From an uncultured Chryseobacterium sp. (lineage in GTDB: Bacteria > Bacteroidota > Bacteroidia > Flavobacteriales > Weeksellaceae), in the NCBI GenBank assembly GCA_913778505.1, contig CAJYWD010000046.1:10566-74565 (forward strand): 64,000 bases of DNA, read 5' to 3'. Below the pieces are notes generated by a model. That model worked only from the letters and a program-made list of their open reading frames with translations, had not been told where the DNA came from and did no database searches. Each line of letters starts with the position of its first letter. The stretch's first letter is position 1. Shown here one piece after another: positions 9,715 through 22,054 of the stretch. A program made the translations under genes and the position numbers.

Positions 9715-12237
9715 TTAGTTTGAATATTCACTTTCCGGCGCTCCGAGATAACTTGGTTTCAGTCTGCCTGTGTTGATTAATATTTTTTCTAAGACAATTC
9801 CCGGCTCCAGAACACGGAATCGCAGCGTATGTTTTCCATGTTGGGAAATCTGGTGTTTCGTTATAGATTTAATGATATGTTCGGACTGCCATCTTCCGAG
9901 TTCGCCTCTGTAATGACCATTGAAATTGACAATCTGCGGAGTTTCGCCATCAAAGGAAATCTCATAACGCAATCCTTTGTTATGATTGAAATTTAAGGTT
10001 GGGGCTAATAACAACTGTACTTCAAATTCACCTTTGGATTCAAAATTCATATCATATTCCAGATAAATATTTTCATCAGCTTTCGGATAAGCATTTTGAG
10101 GGAAAGTCGTTACACCGGATTTTGTCTTTCCGAAATCCGGAATCACTTCCCAATGGATTCGCTCTGAATTGACCATTCTTGCAAAATTTCCCACTTCGAT
10201 GGAAATATAACCGTTTTTCTCCTGAAACACTTTTTCTTTCGGAACTTCAGACTCAGAAACACGGGTAACTTCGGGCATTATATTTTCTTTTCCGTCAAAC
10301 CAGGCTTTGTATCCTATTCTCATCTGGTCCATCATATGCTGCCATTTTCCGCCGGCAATGACGTTATTATACTGATTATCGAGATAGGCATTTCTATCAA
10401 AACATTCTTTGACTTTATCCGCATAATCATTGGCTTTCAAATCATATTTAGCAGCCAATTCTTTGTTTTTTGCCACCGCATAGTACATTTCATACAGATT
10501 GCTGCAAGCGTCAATCGGATACAACACCAGCTGAAAATAGGCATCCTGATATTCTGCCGGAATTTTTTCTTTCAAACGTAAAGCTTCTAATGCCAAAGAC
10601 CTGTAATCATTTAAAACCGTTTCAAATTCATTATAATTTTGAAGACTGTAAGTTATCCAATCCAATGTTTCTGGCGTTACACGGCGGTTATATTTTGAAT
10701 AAAGATTAATCATTCCTGCAATTTCTTTGGCGTGCTTTTCTCCAAATTGCTGTGCAGCCCATTTTTCGGTATATTCCAAAAGATTTTTTGAATTGAATTG
10801 TTTCGGATTCCAGGCCATTTCCAGGAAAAAGCTGATTGGGAACTCCATCGGTTTTAAATCCCCGACATTGACGACCCAAACCTTATCCACTTTATGTTCG
10901 TAAGAAAGATTCATCTGTTCCCAAACTCTCTGAATCGGACTGATATTAATCCATTTTGAATTTCTCGGTCCGCCCACGTAATCAAAGTGGTAATACATTC
11001 CGTAACCGCCTTTGTGTAAAGGTTTTGAAAGGTCCGGAAGTTTTCTCACATTGCCCCAGTTATCATCACAAAACAATAAAATAACGTCGTCCGGAACTCT
11101 CATTCCTTTGTCATAATAATCCTGAACTTCTTTGTACAAAGCCCAGACCTGAGGCGTTTTCTCCGCTTTTTTTCCTGTTACGTCAGCAATAATTTTTCGC
11201 TGGTCTTTCACGATTTTTTCAAGTAAGGAAATATTGGTTCCCTCTCCCATCGCTTCATCGCCGTCGCCGCGCATTCCTACTGTGACTAATTTTTCCCAGT
11301 TTTTGCTTCTTTCGAGCCCCAATTTCCAGAATTCCTGCAAAACTTTCTCATTTTTCGAATAATCCCAGACATTCGGCAGATTATTCTTCTTGATGTATCT
11401 GTGCCAATCAGTTTGAGCCTGAGCCATCGGTTCGTGGTGCGAGGTTCCCATAATGATTCCCATTTCGTTGGCTAAAGGTCCGTTCAAAACATCATCATCA
11501 TAAAACGCTTTTCCCCACATTGCAGGCCAGATGTAATTGCCTTTCATTCGCAAAATCAGTTCAAAAACTTTTTCGTAAAATTTAGAATTGATTCCTCCAA
11601 AAGTAGCTCTCGCCCATCCTCCGAGTGAAGGTTCTTCATCATTCAGGAAAATTCCGCGGTATTCTACTGCAGGTTCTCCGTCTGTGTAAATTCCTTTTTT
11701 AAAGTATAGATTTTCTTTTTTCTCAACCGGAACATCTGCCCAGTAATACCACGGCGAAACCCCGATTTGCTGTGACATTTCGTAGATTCCGTAAATCGTT
11801 CCGCGTTTGTCGCTTCCTGCAATCACAATGGCTTCGGAAAAGCCCGGAAACGGATTTGCAACATTCTGAATGATAAATTTTTCCTTTTTACCGTCAAGCG
11901 ATTTGCCGTCGATCTTTTTTTGACTGATTAAATCATCGATCACCGATTTTGTTCCAACGGTTCCAATGACAATCAAAGGTGAATTGATGCCTGAAATCTG
12001 ATGTAAAATCGTGGGCTGAGTTCCCGTGACTTTCTGGAAATCGGATTGAAGATTTTTAACAGCTCTCAAAATTCCATTGTCAATTCCTGAGTTGGTGAAA
12101 ATCGAAAGATTGACGGATTTTTCTTTTAAAACAATGGTTCCTGAATTTTTTTCAGTGCTGATGAATGGTTGCACCGCTTTGAGCTGCAAACAAAGTACGG
12201 ATATGATGACGAGAAAAAATATTTTTAGTTGGTTCAT
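9715..12237 (-). CDS. GH115 alpha-glucuronidase
   Basis: 840 aa, signal peptide; AGSDKRGTIYG, GVSPWYYWADVP, YRGIFLNDEEP, NYIWPAMWG, MGTSHHEPM, GMRGDGD, DDNWGN, YYHFDYVGGPR. Confidence 0.93.
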   Translation of the reverse strand: MNQLKIFFLVIISVLCLQLKAVQPFISTEKNSGTIVLKEKSVNLSIFTNSGIDNGILRAVKNLQSDFQKVTGTQPTILHQISGINSPLIVIGTVGTKSVIDDLISQKKIDGKSLDGKKEKFIIQNVANPFPGFSEAIVIAGSDKRGTIYGIYEMSQQIGVSPWYYWADVPVEKKENLYFKKGIYTDGEPAVEYRGIFLNDEEPSLGGWARATFGGINSKFYEKVFELILRMKGNYIWPAMWGKAFYDDDVLNGPLANEMGIIMGTSHHEPMAQAQTDWHRYIKKNNLPNVWDYSKNEKVLQEFWKLGLERSKNWEKLVTVGMRGDGDEAMGEGTNISLLEKIVKDQRKIIADVTGKKAEKTPQVWALYKEVQDYYDKGMRVPDDVILLFCDDNWGNVRKLPDLSKPLHKGGYGMYYHFDYVGGPRNSKWINISPIQRVWEQMNLSYEHKVDKVWVVNVGDLKPMEFPISFFLEMAWNPKQFNSKNLLEYTEKWAAQQFGEKHAKEIAGMINLYSKYNRRVTPETLDWITYSLQNYNEFETVLNDYRSLALEALRLKEKIPAEYQDAYFQLVLYPIDACSNLYEMYYAVAKNKELAAKYDLKANDYADKVKECFDRNAYLDNQYNNVIAGGKWQHMMDQMRIGYKAWFDGKENIMPEVTRVSESEVPKEKVFQEKNGYISIEVGNFARMVNSERIHWEVIPDFGKTKSGVTTFPQNAYPKADENIYLEYDMNFESKGEFEVQLLLAPTLNFNHNKGLRYEISFDGETPQIVNFNGHYRGELGRWQSEHIIKSITKHQISQHGKHTLRFRVLEPGIVLEKILINTGRLKPSYLGAPESEYSN

Positions 12238-12302
12238 AATCTTTTGTTTTTATTGATAGAATTTGTTTAATGTAAAATAATAGATTTGAAAAAAGCATCA
12301 AT

Positions 12303-12461
12303 CGCTCCGGCAGTAGCGGCATCTGTGTAGCAAAAAAACACCTAAAGGAAAAGAACGCCGTAGGTGTTCTATCTTAATTCCATTTGAAAGATGCCACTCC
12401 GATGGAGTGAAATTTGCCAGCAATAATCGCCTACTACACAGATAAAGCTCCTAAAGGAGTT
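12303..12461. repeat. REPIN-like structure: two REP doublets in inverted orientation
   Basis: Reverse doublet 12303-12373 (...catctgtgtag...gaacgccgtaggtgttctatct) faces forward doublet 12389-12461 (agatgccactccgatggagtg...ctacacagataaagctcctaaaggagtt). Confidence 0.75.
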
Positions 12462-12559
12462 TACACTCTGCAAAACATTAAACAAACTTATAATGAAATC
12501 CTGCGTTGTTATGTTATTGAACCTTTTTATGATTCATATTTTCTTTATATTTTCGTTTT

Positions 12560-12604
12560 CCATAGGTTGCACCTATGGCTATTCATATTGAACCCTTCGG
12601 GTTC
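12560..12604. repeat. Two short hairpins (CCATAGG/CCTATGG and GAACCC-TTC-GGGTTC)
   Basis: Perfect stems; a CCC-TTC-GGG hairpin recurs at 25704-25716. Confidence 0.55.
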
Positions 12605-12625
12605 TTTGATTTCAGCGAATCTCTC

Positions 12626-12726
12626 GCAGCCCGGCTTGAACGGAGCTCTTTTTGTGAGGAGCCCTTCGGCAAAGCTCAGGATGCAACGAGCAAAAAAGCG
12701 GGAGTGGAAGACGGATAAAGCTGTCC
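12626..12726. repeat. GCAGC hairpin element, copy B, with a CTTCGGCAAAGCTCAGGATG module in its loop
   Basis: gcagcccggcttgaacggagctctttttgt...cccttcggcaaagctcaggatgca...gcaaaaaagcgggagtggaagacggataaagctgtcc; 14 bp from the GH97 stop. Confidence 0.88.
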
Positions 12727-12740
12727 AAATTATTCCTGCA

Positions 12741-14684
12741 TTAATTCTTCAACACAAAGCCTCCACTCGGCTGAATTTCAATTTCGTATTCCCCTTTTTT
12801 ATTGATTGAAACTGGCTTTGTAAAGGTATTTCCGTTTTTATCATCATTGATCAATTCCAGATTTTTGCCTGCTAACATCGGGAGATTAAATTTGAGTTTT
12901 TTCACCGTTTTCTCTGCGTTGATTCCCGCAACATACCATTGATTCTGATGTCTTCTGGCAATCACAGAATATTTCCCGGGATATCCGTCGATGAATACCG
13001 TTTCGTCCCAAAGCGTCGGAACTTCTTTCATAAAATCGAGCTGAAATTTTGGAGCATCAGTCAAATTATTTGGCATCACGCCAAACATCTGAACCGGATT
13101 TTGAAACAGAACAGCCGTTGCCAACTGGAAACCATCGGTGGTGTATCTTTTATTTTTATCCTTGTTGGATTTTGTTAAATATTTGTTGAGGAAAGTTCCG
13201 CCAAATTCCATACTTCCGACCGTGTTTCTGATGAACGGATGTAATGTTGCGAAAAAAGCTTCCTGTTTGCGGACGTCTTCTGAAAAATACAGCATTTCCG
13301 AAGCTAAAACCGCTTCGCTTCCTGCATAATTCGGGTACATTACTTCCCAGCCTCTCGGCAAAGTAGCGCCGTGGAAAATAATCTTTAATCCAAAATCATT
13401 GGCATCGGAAAGAATATCTTCGTAAAGGCGCATCGTTTCCTGCTTATCGCCGCCGAAGAAATCGACCTTCAGACCTTTTACACCGACTTCTTTCAGCCAT
13501 TTCATTTCTTTTTTACGTTCGACGGATGAGCTCATTTTGTTTCTAGGTCCCATTGGCGCATCATTCGCAGCACCATTGGAATTGTACCAAAGTAAGACCT
13601 CAACATTTTTGGATTTGGCATACTGAATGAGGTCTTTCATTCTGGCTTTCCCGATATTTTTGTCCCAAAGCGCATCAATCAAAATGTATTCATAACCGAG
13701 TTTTGATGCTAAATCGATAAAGAGACTCTGGTCTTCATAATTCATACTGTTGTCCTGCCAGAGAATCCAGCTCCAGGTCGATTTTCCGAAAGTGTATTTT
13801 TGTGAAGGTTCATACATCGGTTCTACGACATCAAAAGGAATTGTCGTTTCAACAATCGGTTTCAAAGAATCTCCAATGGTGATAGTTCTCCAAGGTGTTT
13901 TTCCCGGAAGCGAAATGGCAGCACCGGTGCTTCCGAACCCATTATTTTCTGCCATATTAGGATAAGCAACCTGATAAAGATTTTTTTCTGAGGTTGTATC
14001 CAAATGAGAAGCGCAGTACAAACTGTTTACGCCTGTTTCCGACAATAAAATCCAGCCGTAGTTTCCGATGTGAAATAGTCCAGGGAAAACGTAACCATAA
14101 TCGCTTTTCATTCCCAATTCTGCATCAGCTTTGTAACCGCTTTCGTAGCTTGGAGCGGTTCTGGCAAAACCCGTCATCGGCTTCATCATCGGAGAAAGGA
14201 AAGTCGTGGTTTGAGACGGAAATCTGTAACCTGTAATTTCTGACTGTACAACCGCGCTCAAATGGTCTTTCATCGGCTGAATCTCATATCTGAAAGCGAC
14301 ATTTTGATTGCTCACCTGAAATTCAATTCCGATATTGAAGTTATCTGCATTGGTAAAATTGACTGTCAGAGTATTAGCCACATAATTAACCTGTGATTTT
14401 TTGATTTTTTCGTTCGTATAATTTTTAGAAACCTTATCTTTTTTACTGTCAACGAATTTTAAATTTTTAGAGAAATCAGATTCATTGGTGATTAAACCTA
14501 AAGGTGATTTTTCCAACATTATTTTTCCTTGAAAAGTAACATTATAGAGCGCTTTTCCATTCTCTGAAAAGACATTCAGTTTCAATTTTCCGTCAGGACT
14601 GGAGATTTCTGCAACCTGTGCAAAAACAGTATTCATAATGAGAATACTAAAGGCGAGCGATAGTTTAAAAAAAAGTTTAATCAT
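12741..14684 (-). CDS. GH97 glycosidase, probably retaining type (alpha-galactosidase or beta-L-arabinopyranosidase)
   Basis: 647 aa; SPDGKLKL start, GKSTWSW, LIDALWD, GLKVDFF (Asp at the nucleophile position of retaining GH97), FHGATLPRGW, GSMEF, DETVFIDGYPG. Confidence 0.88.
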   Translation of the reverse strand: MIKLFFKLSLAFSILIMNTVFAQVAEISSPDGKLKLNVFSENGKALYNVTFQGKIMLEKSPLGLITNESDFSKNLKFVDSKKDKVSKNYTNEKIKKSQVNYVANTLTVNFTNADNFNIGIEFQVSNQNVAFRYEIQPMKDHLSAVVQSEITGYRFPSQTTTFLSPMMKPMTGFARTAPSYESGYKADAELGMKSDYGYVFPGLFHIGNYGWILLSETGVNSLYCASHLDTTSEKNLYQVAYPNMAENNGFGSTGAAISLPGKTPWRTITIGDSLKPIVETTIPFDVVEPMYEPSQKYTFGKSTWSWILWQDNSMNYEDQSLFIDLASKLGYEYILIDALWDKNIGKARMKDLIQYAKSKNVEVLLWYNSNGAANDAPMGPRNKMSSSVERKKEMKWLKEVGVKGLKVDFFGGDKQETMRLYEDILSDANDFGLKIIFHGATLPRGWEVMYPNYAGSEAVLASEMLYFSEDVRKQEAFFATLHPFIRNTVGSMEFGGTFLNKYLTKSNKDKNKRYTTDGFQLATAVLFQNPVQMFGVMPNNLTDAPKFQLDFMKEVPTLWDETVFIDGYPGKYSVIARRHQNQWYVAGINAEKTVKKLKFNLPMLAGKNLELINDDKNGNTFTKPVSINKKGEYEIEIQPSGGFVLKN

Positions 14685-14686
14685 AA

Positions 14687-16063
14687 TTAATTATTTTCAA
14701 GAAAAGTCCAATAATCGAAAAACATAATATCTTTTGCTGCTTTTCCATTAAATACAAAATACACATCGTGAACACCGGAAATTTTTTCCTTCACTTCAGT
14801 TTTCACAGTTTCCCAACGGTCGTCTCCGCCGGTCAACGGAATTTTTACCGTAGCGATAACCGGTCCGCCTACACTGTCCAGATGAACGTCCATCGTCACA
14901 TCGCTGTTGTGTGTCGTTCCAACTCTGGCCGAAAATGCTGATGCTCCTTTTCTGCCAAAATCCAAATTTTTCACGCTGGTGTAAGCACCACTTTTTTTAG
15001 CTTTGATAAAGACGCCTGCTTCTTTGTTCTGATAAGCTTTCACATTTTCAGACCACGCAATCATTTCTGCCTGATTAAAAGCATAAGGATTAACGGTTGC
15101 AATGGCTTTGGTAATGCCATTCGTCATTTTGATGGGTGAAATAGAACCGTCTTTATTAAAATTAAGTTCTTCCACACTCACCGACCTTGTGAAACCGCTT
15201 CCTCCAGGCAACGCACCGTTGTGATAAAAAAAATAGGATTTTCCTCTGAAATCGACAATTCCGGGATGATTGGTAAAAGATTTTCCTTCGGTTGGCATTA
15301 CAATTCCGCCATATTTCCACGGTCCCTGTGCACTTTTGCTGGTAGAATATCCGATGAATTCAGGGAGCGGACCGCCCGGCCAAAACAGATAATACAGATT
15401 TTTTCTTTTATACAGCCAAGGTCCTTCCTCGTATTTTGTAGGTCTTTCAGGGTTTTCTTTTCCGTCCCTTTTTCCGAAAGATTCTGCGGTCATTGGCACT
15501 TCCACAATATCACCGGAATAGGAAATCATATCCTGATTGAGCTTAACCATTTTAAGTTTCGGATTTCCCCAATACATATAGGCTTGGCCGTCATCATCAA
15601 TAAAAACCGTCGGATCAATATCGCCCCATTCACTTTGAACTAACGGTTTTCCAAGCGGGTCGTGGAATGGTCCGAACGGACTGTCACCCACCGCAACACC
15701 AATCGCTCCTTTGTTGTTGGTTTTAGACCACATCGGAACATACATAAAAAATTTGCCGTTTCTTTCCACGCATTGCGCTGCCCAGGCATCCCGTTTTGCC
15801 CAATCGAAATCCTTATAGCTCAGAATACTTCCGTGGTCGGTCCAGTTCACCATGTCGTTGGTGGAATAGACTTTCCAGTCGTTCATCACAAACCAGGTGG
15901 AATCGTCCTCATCGTGCGTCGTGTAGACGTAAAGCCTGTCGTTATACACCATCGGCGCAGGGTCTGCGGTATAATTGGTCTGAATAATGGGATTCTGGGA
16001 AAATAATATTCCCGAATAGCCTATTAAACAGAGATTGAATATTGATTTTATTGTTTTTTTCAT
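14687..16063 (-). CDS. GH43 (arabinofuranosidase/xylosidase) with C-terminal CBM6
   Basis: 458 aa; [56 protein letters not shown]; CBM6-like LDFG...GVHDVYFVF. Confidence 0.9.
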   Translation of the reverse strand: MKKTIKSIFNLCLIGYSGILFSQNPIIQTNYTADPAPMVYNDRLYVYTTHDEDDSTWFVMNDWKVYSTNDMVNWTDHGSILSYKDFDWAKRDAWAAQCVERNGKFFMYVPMWSKTNNKGAIGVAVGDSPFGPFHDPLGKPLVQSEWGDIDPTVFIDDDGQAYMYWGNPKLKMVKLNQDMISYSGDIVEVPMTAESFGKRDGKENPERPTKYEEGPWLYKRKNLYYLFWPGGPLPEFIGYSTSKSAQGPWKYGGIVMPTEGKSFTNHPGIVDFRGKSYFFYHNGALPGGSGFTRSVSVEELNFNKDGSISPIKMTNGITKAIATVNPYAFNQAEMIAWSENVKAYQNKEAGVFIKAKKSGAYTSVKNLDFGRKGASAFSARVGTTHNSDVTMDVHLDSVGGPVIATVKIPLTGGDDRWETVKTEVKEKISGVHDVYFVFNGKAAKDIMFFDYWTFLENN

Positions 16064-16290
16064 ATCTAACTTTTTTGAACACTAAGGACACAAAGTTTTT
16101 ATTTTTTTAAGTTTCACAAAGCCGCTAACGCTTGTAGAAGCTGTATTATTTTCTCACTTAATTCTGATAAACCACCCCGTCAAAAATTCTTTGAATTTTC
16201 GCCACCAGTGCCTCAATATTTATTAATTGATTTTTTGTTTCGGCGAATCTCGTCCCTCGATTTCCAAAGGAGGGGAATTTGTCTTTCATC

Positions 16291-17697
16291 TTATTTTTTC
16301 TGAAAACTCCAGTGGTCGAAATTGAAAAGCACCCTTCCTGCCGTAATGTTTTTACCTTTAAAGACAAAATATACATCGTGAACACCGGAAACCGATTCTG
16401 AAATTTTTGATGTCAGGGTTTTAAATTCTTCCCAACCTCCGGTTCTCGGAACTTCAATATCGGCAATTTTATTTCCATCCAATTTATCTAATCTGACTTC
16501 TAAAATTCCTCCATCAACACCTGCAGCGATTGAAGCTGAAAATTCAGACGCGCCTTTTTCAAAATCCACCGAACGAACTTTGATATAACCTCCCACCCTG
16601 GTATCGGAAACATAAACTCCCGTCTTTTTGTTTTCGGAAGTGCTGCATTTCTCTGACCACGCCATCGTTTCCGCTTCGTTTCTTTTATAGGGATTTAATG
16701 TTCCAACGGGATTTACACCTTCTTTGGTCATAGAAATTTTTGGAATGCTGCCATCCGGATTGTATTTGAATTCTTCAATAGACGTTGACCTTCCGTAACT
16801 TCCTGCACCGGGCAATAATCCCGTGTGATAGAACAGATAGGATTTACCTTTAAAATCAATAATTCCGCCGTGGTTGGTGAAACTGTTGGTAGGCTGACCG
16901 GTCATTATTTTCCCCTGATATTTCCACGGTCCGGTCGGTGAATCGCTTATGGAATAAGACAGACATTCGGTTCGGTCGGTCATTCCGGCGTACATCATAT
17001 AATATTGCTTGTTGCGTTTGTAGAACCAAGGTCCTTCCACAAAAACATCTTTAAACTGTTCCTTTTTCTGCAAAACCTCATCGCTTCTTCCGGGACGTCT
17101 CAATCCTCCAAAAGCTTCCACCGACTGCGGAATTTCGGTGATTTTTCCATCATACGAAACCATATCTTTGTTAAGCTTCACATAAAATAATTTGCTGTTC
17201 CCCCAATATAAATAGGCTTGTCTGTCATCATCAATAAAAACCGTCGGGTCGATATTATCCCAAGTTCCCGTCGTCACTAATGGTTTTCCGAGTGCATCTT
17301 TAAAAGGACCTGTCGGACCGTCTGATACCGCAACGCCAATCGCCATATTGTTATCAACGGTCTGAACGCAGATGTACCAATAGAATTTGCCGTTACGTTC
17401 AATACATTGCGCCGCCCACGCTCTGTCACGGGCCCAACTGAAAGATTCCAGTGACAATGGAGAACCGTGGTCGGTCCAGTTGACCATATCATCAGAAGAA
17501 TATACCCTCCATTTCGTCATATAATAAAAATCATAGCCGGGAATATCGTCTCCAGTGTAGACGTACATCTTGTTTTTGTACACCATCGGCGCAGGATCTG
17601 GCGTAAAATGGGTCTGAATTACCGGATTTTGGGCAGAAATACAAATTCCTTTCAGAAAAAATGAGAGGGCTATATATTTTGATTTAAATTGAATCAT
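16291..17697 (-). CDS. GH43 with C-terminal CBM6, paralog of the adjacent gene
   Basis: 468 aa; [61 protein letters not shown]. Confidence 0.9.
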   Translation of the reverse strand: MIQFKSKYIALSFFLKGICISAQNPVIQTHFTPDPAPMVYKNKMYVYTGDDIPGYDFYYMTKWRVYSSDDMVNWTDHGSPLSLESFSWARDRAWAAQCIERNGKFYWYICVQTVDNNMAIGVAVSDGPTGPFKDALGKPLVTTGTWDNIDPTVFIDDDRQAYLYWGNSKLFYVKLNKDMVSYDGKITEIPQSVEAFGGLRRPGRSDEVLQKKEQFKDVFVEGPWFYKRNKQYYMMYAGMTDRTECLSYSISDSPTGPWKYQGKIMTGQPTNSFTNHGGIIDFKGKSYLFYHTGLLPGAGSYGRSTSIEEFKYNPDGSIPKISMTKEGVNPVGTLNPYKRNEAETMAWSEKCSTSENKKTGVYVSDTRVGGYIKVRSVDFEKGASEFSASIAAGVDGGILEVRLDKLDGNKIADIEVPRTGGWEEFKTLTSKISESVSGVHDVYFVFKGKNITAGRVLFNFDHWSFQKK

Positions 17698-17703
17698 ATT
17701 TAA

Positions 17704-19764
17704 TTATTTTGATGAAATAAATTTGTAATAAGCCACACCGTGCGCCGGAATATCCAGTGATAATGCCCGATTTGATGTATTAATTTTTGCAATATCTTTC
17801 TGTCTCCAGATATCTCTTACGGTTTGACTACCGGAAATCCCGAGCTGCCTCAAATCTTTGTAAGACATATCCACTTTTTCCCTTCCGAAATTTGCAAAAG
17901 CCACTGCTTTTCCGCCATCTTCAAGGTCTTTTACATAAATTTTCAATTCGCCAATGGTCTGCAGACAAACGCCCTGTTTTCCCAGAGCATCCTGATTTAC
18001 AGCAATAACTTCATCATTCGTTAAAAGATTTAAAGTAAAATCATCCAGTTTCTCAAGATCACAGCCAATCAGTAATGGTGCTGAAAATATGCTCCAAAGG
18101 CTGATATGCAGATATTGTTCGTCCGGTTTCAATCGGCTCTGGTGTGGATTTCCCCAACCTACGACGCCTACCACCAGCATATCCGGGTCGTTCCAGTTGC
18201 CGGGTTTTGCATAAGGAGCCGCTTTGTCCTGAGCCAAAGCAATATTTTTAACACTCGCCCAGGTATCGGTAATGTCGTTAGTTGTTCGCCAGGATTGCGC
18301 ATCGGCATCATTTCCCCATTTCCAGACATCGCCCATTCCGTATTGACAAAGATTATACACAATATCACGAGGCCGATTTTTTAATAAATCTCCCATCAGT
18401 TTAAATGGTTTCACGCCTTTATCCAAATCTCCTCCACCCTGAAAATTGAGTGAAGAAACTTTATTCGGGTCATTATCCGGCAGTCTGTCGATCACGCCGC
18501 CGTAGCTGCACCAATCGTATTTCAGATAATCAATTCCCCATTTGGCATAGCTTTCAGCGTCCTGCCTTTCGTAACCATAGCTGCCTGCGCAACCGCCGCA
18601 AGTCCAAGGTCCGGGAGAGGAATAGATTCCTGCTTTCAGACCTTTTGAATGAAAATAATCGGTTAATTCCTTCATATCCGGAAATTTTGAATTGGTCAGA
18701 ATATAACCGTTTTCATCACGCATTTTCCCCTTGAAAGACGGGTCTTTTCCGTCTCTGTTAAATTGCCACGAATCATCAATGTTAATATAATTCCAGCCGT
18801 GATTTACCAATCCTGTTTTAATCAAAGCATCGGCGGCACGTTTCACTTTGTCGGCAGAAACTTCGTGTCCGAAACAGTTCCAGCTGTTCCATCCCATTGT
18901 TGGTGTCAAAGTTATTTTGTCACCGCTTTCGATTCTTAATTTCTTTGAAACTGAGCCTTTTGCATTTTTAGCTGATAAAAGAACTTCATAGGTTCCTTTC
19001 GTATCTATTTTTCCGGTAATGATTCCGGTCTGTGAATCTATTGTTAAACCTTTCGGAAGATTTCTCGCTGTAAAAGTCATTGGCCTGTCACCCGTTGCTG
19101 CAACCCTGAACAAAAAAGGTGAGCCGGGACGAACGCCATAAACACCTGCTGAATTAATTTTTGGAGTTGCCGCAGGTTTTGGTGTCAAAATATAAGGAAC
19201 TGATGAAATCGGATTAAATGTTATCAGTTTTGCACCTTCTGCTGTTTCAAATTTGGCATCTCCCCAATCGGCGTGGTCATAATACGGTCCGTTTCCGCCG
19301 TCTGTTACTACTAATTCTAATTGTTGTACACCTTCCAGCGAAACGGAAACAGGCTTTGCTTTGTCGCCCAAATGCATTATTCCACTTGACCAAAGTTTTT
19401 TATTGTCGCCGTAAATTTCAAATTCGACAGCGGGATTTTGACCTTTGATTTCGTCATCCAATCCTACCAAAGCTGAAAAGTTTTTTGCTTGACTATTTAA
19501 TTTAATCAACAAAGAACTTTCGGCGTGCGTTCCGAAACCTCTTTTGAAAACTTCGCCGGCAATGGTTATAGGTTTTCCGTCCACCGAAGTATTGATGCCG
19601 GGTTTTCCGTGTCCCTGTGTTGCCACGCTTAAATCCAACTGGTCTAACCAAACGGTTGACTGCGCCTTGGAAATATTTCCTGACAGCAAAAATGTTACAG
19701 CAATTAAAAGTACTTTAGTCTTCAAGATTATTAAAAATTTGGATTTAATTACATTTAGGTTCAA
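17704..19764 (-). CDS. GH27 (alpha-galactosidase or beta-L-arabinopyranosidase) with N-terminal NPCBM and Ig-like domains; true start probably TTG at 19725
   Basis: NPCBM-like FGTHAES...VGLDD...DHADWGDA; GH27 TPTMGWNSWN, NIDDSW, KYDWC, WRTTNDI, WNDPDML. No ATG in the 5' region; TTG at 19725 gives a clean signal peptide MKTKVLLIAV... Confidence 0.88.
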   Translation of the reverse strand: MNLNVIKSKFLIILKTKVLLIAVTFLLSGNISKAQSTVWLDQLDLSVATQGHGKPGINTSVDGKPITIAGEVFKRGFGTHAESSLLIKLNSQAKNFSALVGLDDEIKGQNPAVEFEIYGDNKKLWSSGIMHLGDKAKPVSVSLEGVQQLELVVTDGGNGPYYDHADWGDAKFETAEGAKLITFNPISSVPYILTPKPAATPKINSAGVYGVRPGSPFLFRVAATGDRPMTFTARNLPKGLTIDSQTGIITGKIDTKGTYEVLLSAKNAKGSVSKKLRIESGDKITLTPTMGWNSWNCFGHEVSADKVKRAADALIKTGLVNHGWNYINIDDSWQFNRDGKDPSFKGKMRDENGYILTNSKFPDMKELTDYFHSKGLKAGIYSSPGPWTCGGCAGSYGYERQDAESYAKWGIDYLKYDWCSYGGVIDRLPDNDPNKVSSLNFQGGGDLDKGVKPFKLMGDLLKNRPRDIVYNLCQYGMGDVWKWGNDADAQSWRTTNDITDTWASVKNIALAQDKAAPYAKPGNWNDPDMLVVGVVGWGNPHQSRLKPDEQYLHISLWSIFSAPLLIGCDLEKLDDFTLNLLTNDEVIAVNQDALGKQGVCLQTIGELKIYVKDLEDGGKAVAFANFGREKVDMSYKDLRQLGISGSQTVRDIWRQKDIAKINTSNRALSLDIPAHGVAYYKFISSK

Positions 19765-19790
19765 CGGAAATTGCTATAGCGTGAACTATT

Positions 19791-21725
<1,935 letters not shown>

Positions 21726-21727
21726 TT

Positions 21728-21746
21728 ATTTGTAATTTTTACACTT
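21728..21746 (-). promoter_or_regulatory. GT-N7-AC operator-like site 9-27 nt upstream of the esterase start
   Basis: Minus strand AAGTGT-AAAAATT-ACAAAT. Confidence 0.55.
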
Positions 21747-21826
21747 ATTAATTTAGACAAAAAAATAAGACCGACAAGGGTTTTATCTTTTTTACATTTT
21801 TAATATTAATTATCATTGTCGTAATT

Positions 21827-21897
21827 AACAGGTCGCCTCTACGAGGCTTTTTTGGGTTTTAGCAACTATTTGCTCTAACAGTTTGCTTCTACAAAGC
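21827..21897 (+). repeat. REP-like doublet
   Basis: aacaggtcgcctctacgaggct (identical to 2476-2497) and a degenerate aacagtttgcttctacaaagc. Confidence 0.8.
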
Positions 21898-21932
21898 AAT
21901 AATTTTCATTTTTTCTAGACAGTGAATCTCTC

Positions 21933-22036
21933 GCAGCCCGACTTGAGCGGAAATCCTTTTTTGCTTGTACTCTAGTTCTATTTAATCTGAAATCATCTGC
22001 AAAAAAGATTGAGAGCGGAAGGCGGATAAAGCTGCC
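21933..22036. repeat. GCAGC hairpin element, copy C
   Basis: gcagcccgacttgagcggaaatccttttttgc-[35-nt loop]-gcaaaaaagattgagagcggaaggcggataaagctgcc; 18 bp from a GH43 stop. Confidence 0.9.
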
Positions 22037-22054
22037 CAAATTATTCAACTCTAA

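Noticed and set aside
12414-12809. 131-aa plus-strand ORF in the GH115-GH97 gap
   Set aside because: It runs across three repeat families and into the GH97 3' end; no coding signature.
16158-16385. 75-aa minus-strand ORF, possible nuclease remnant or CCCCTCC-type repeat
   Set aside because: It overlaps the GH43 3' end; the intergenic part has hairpins but is single-copy in the window, so neither reading can be supported.
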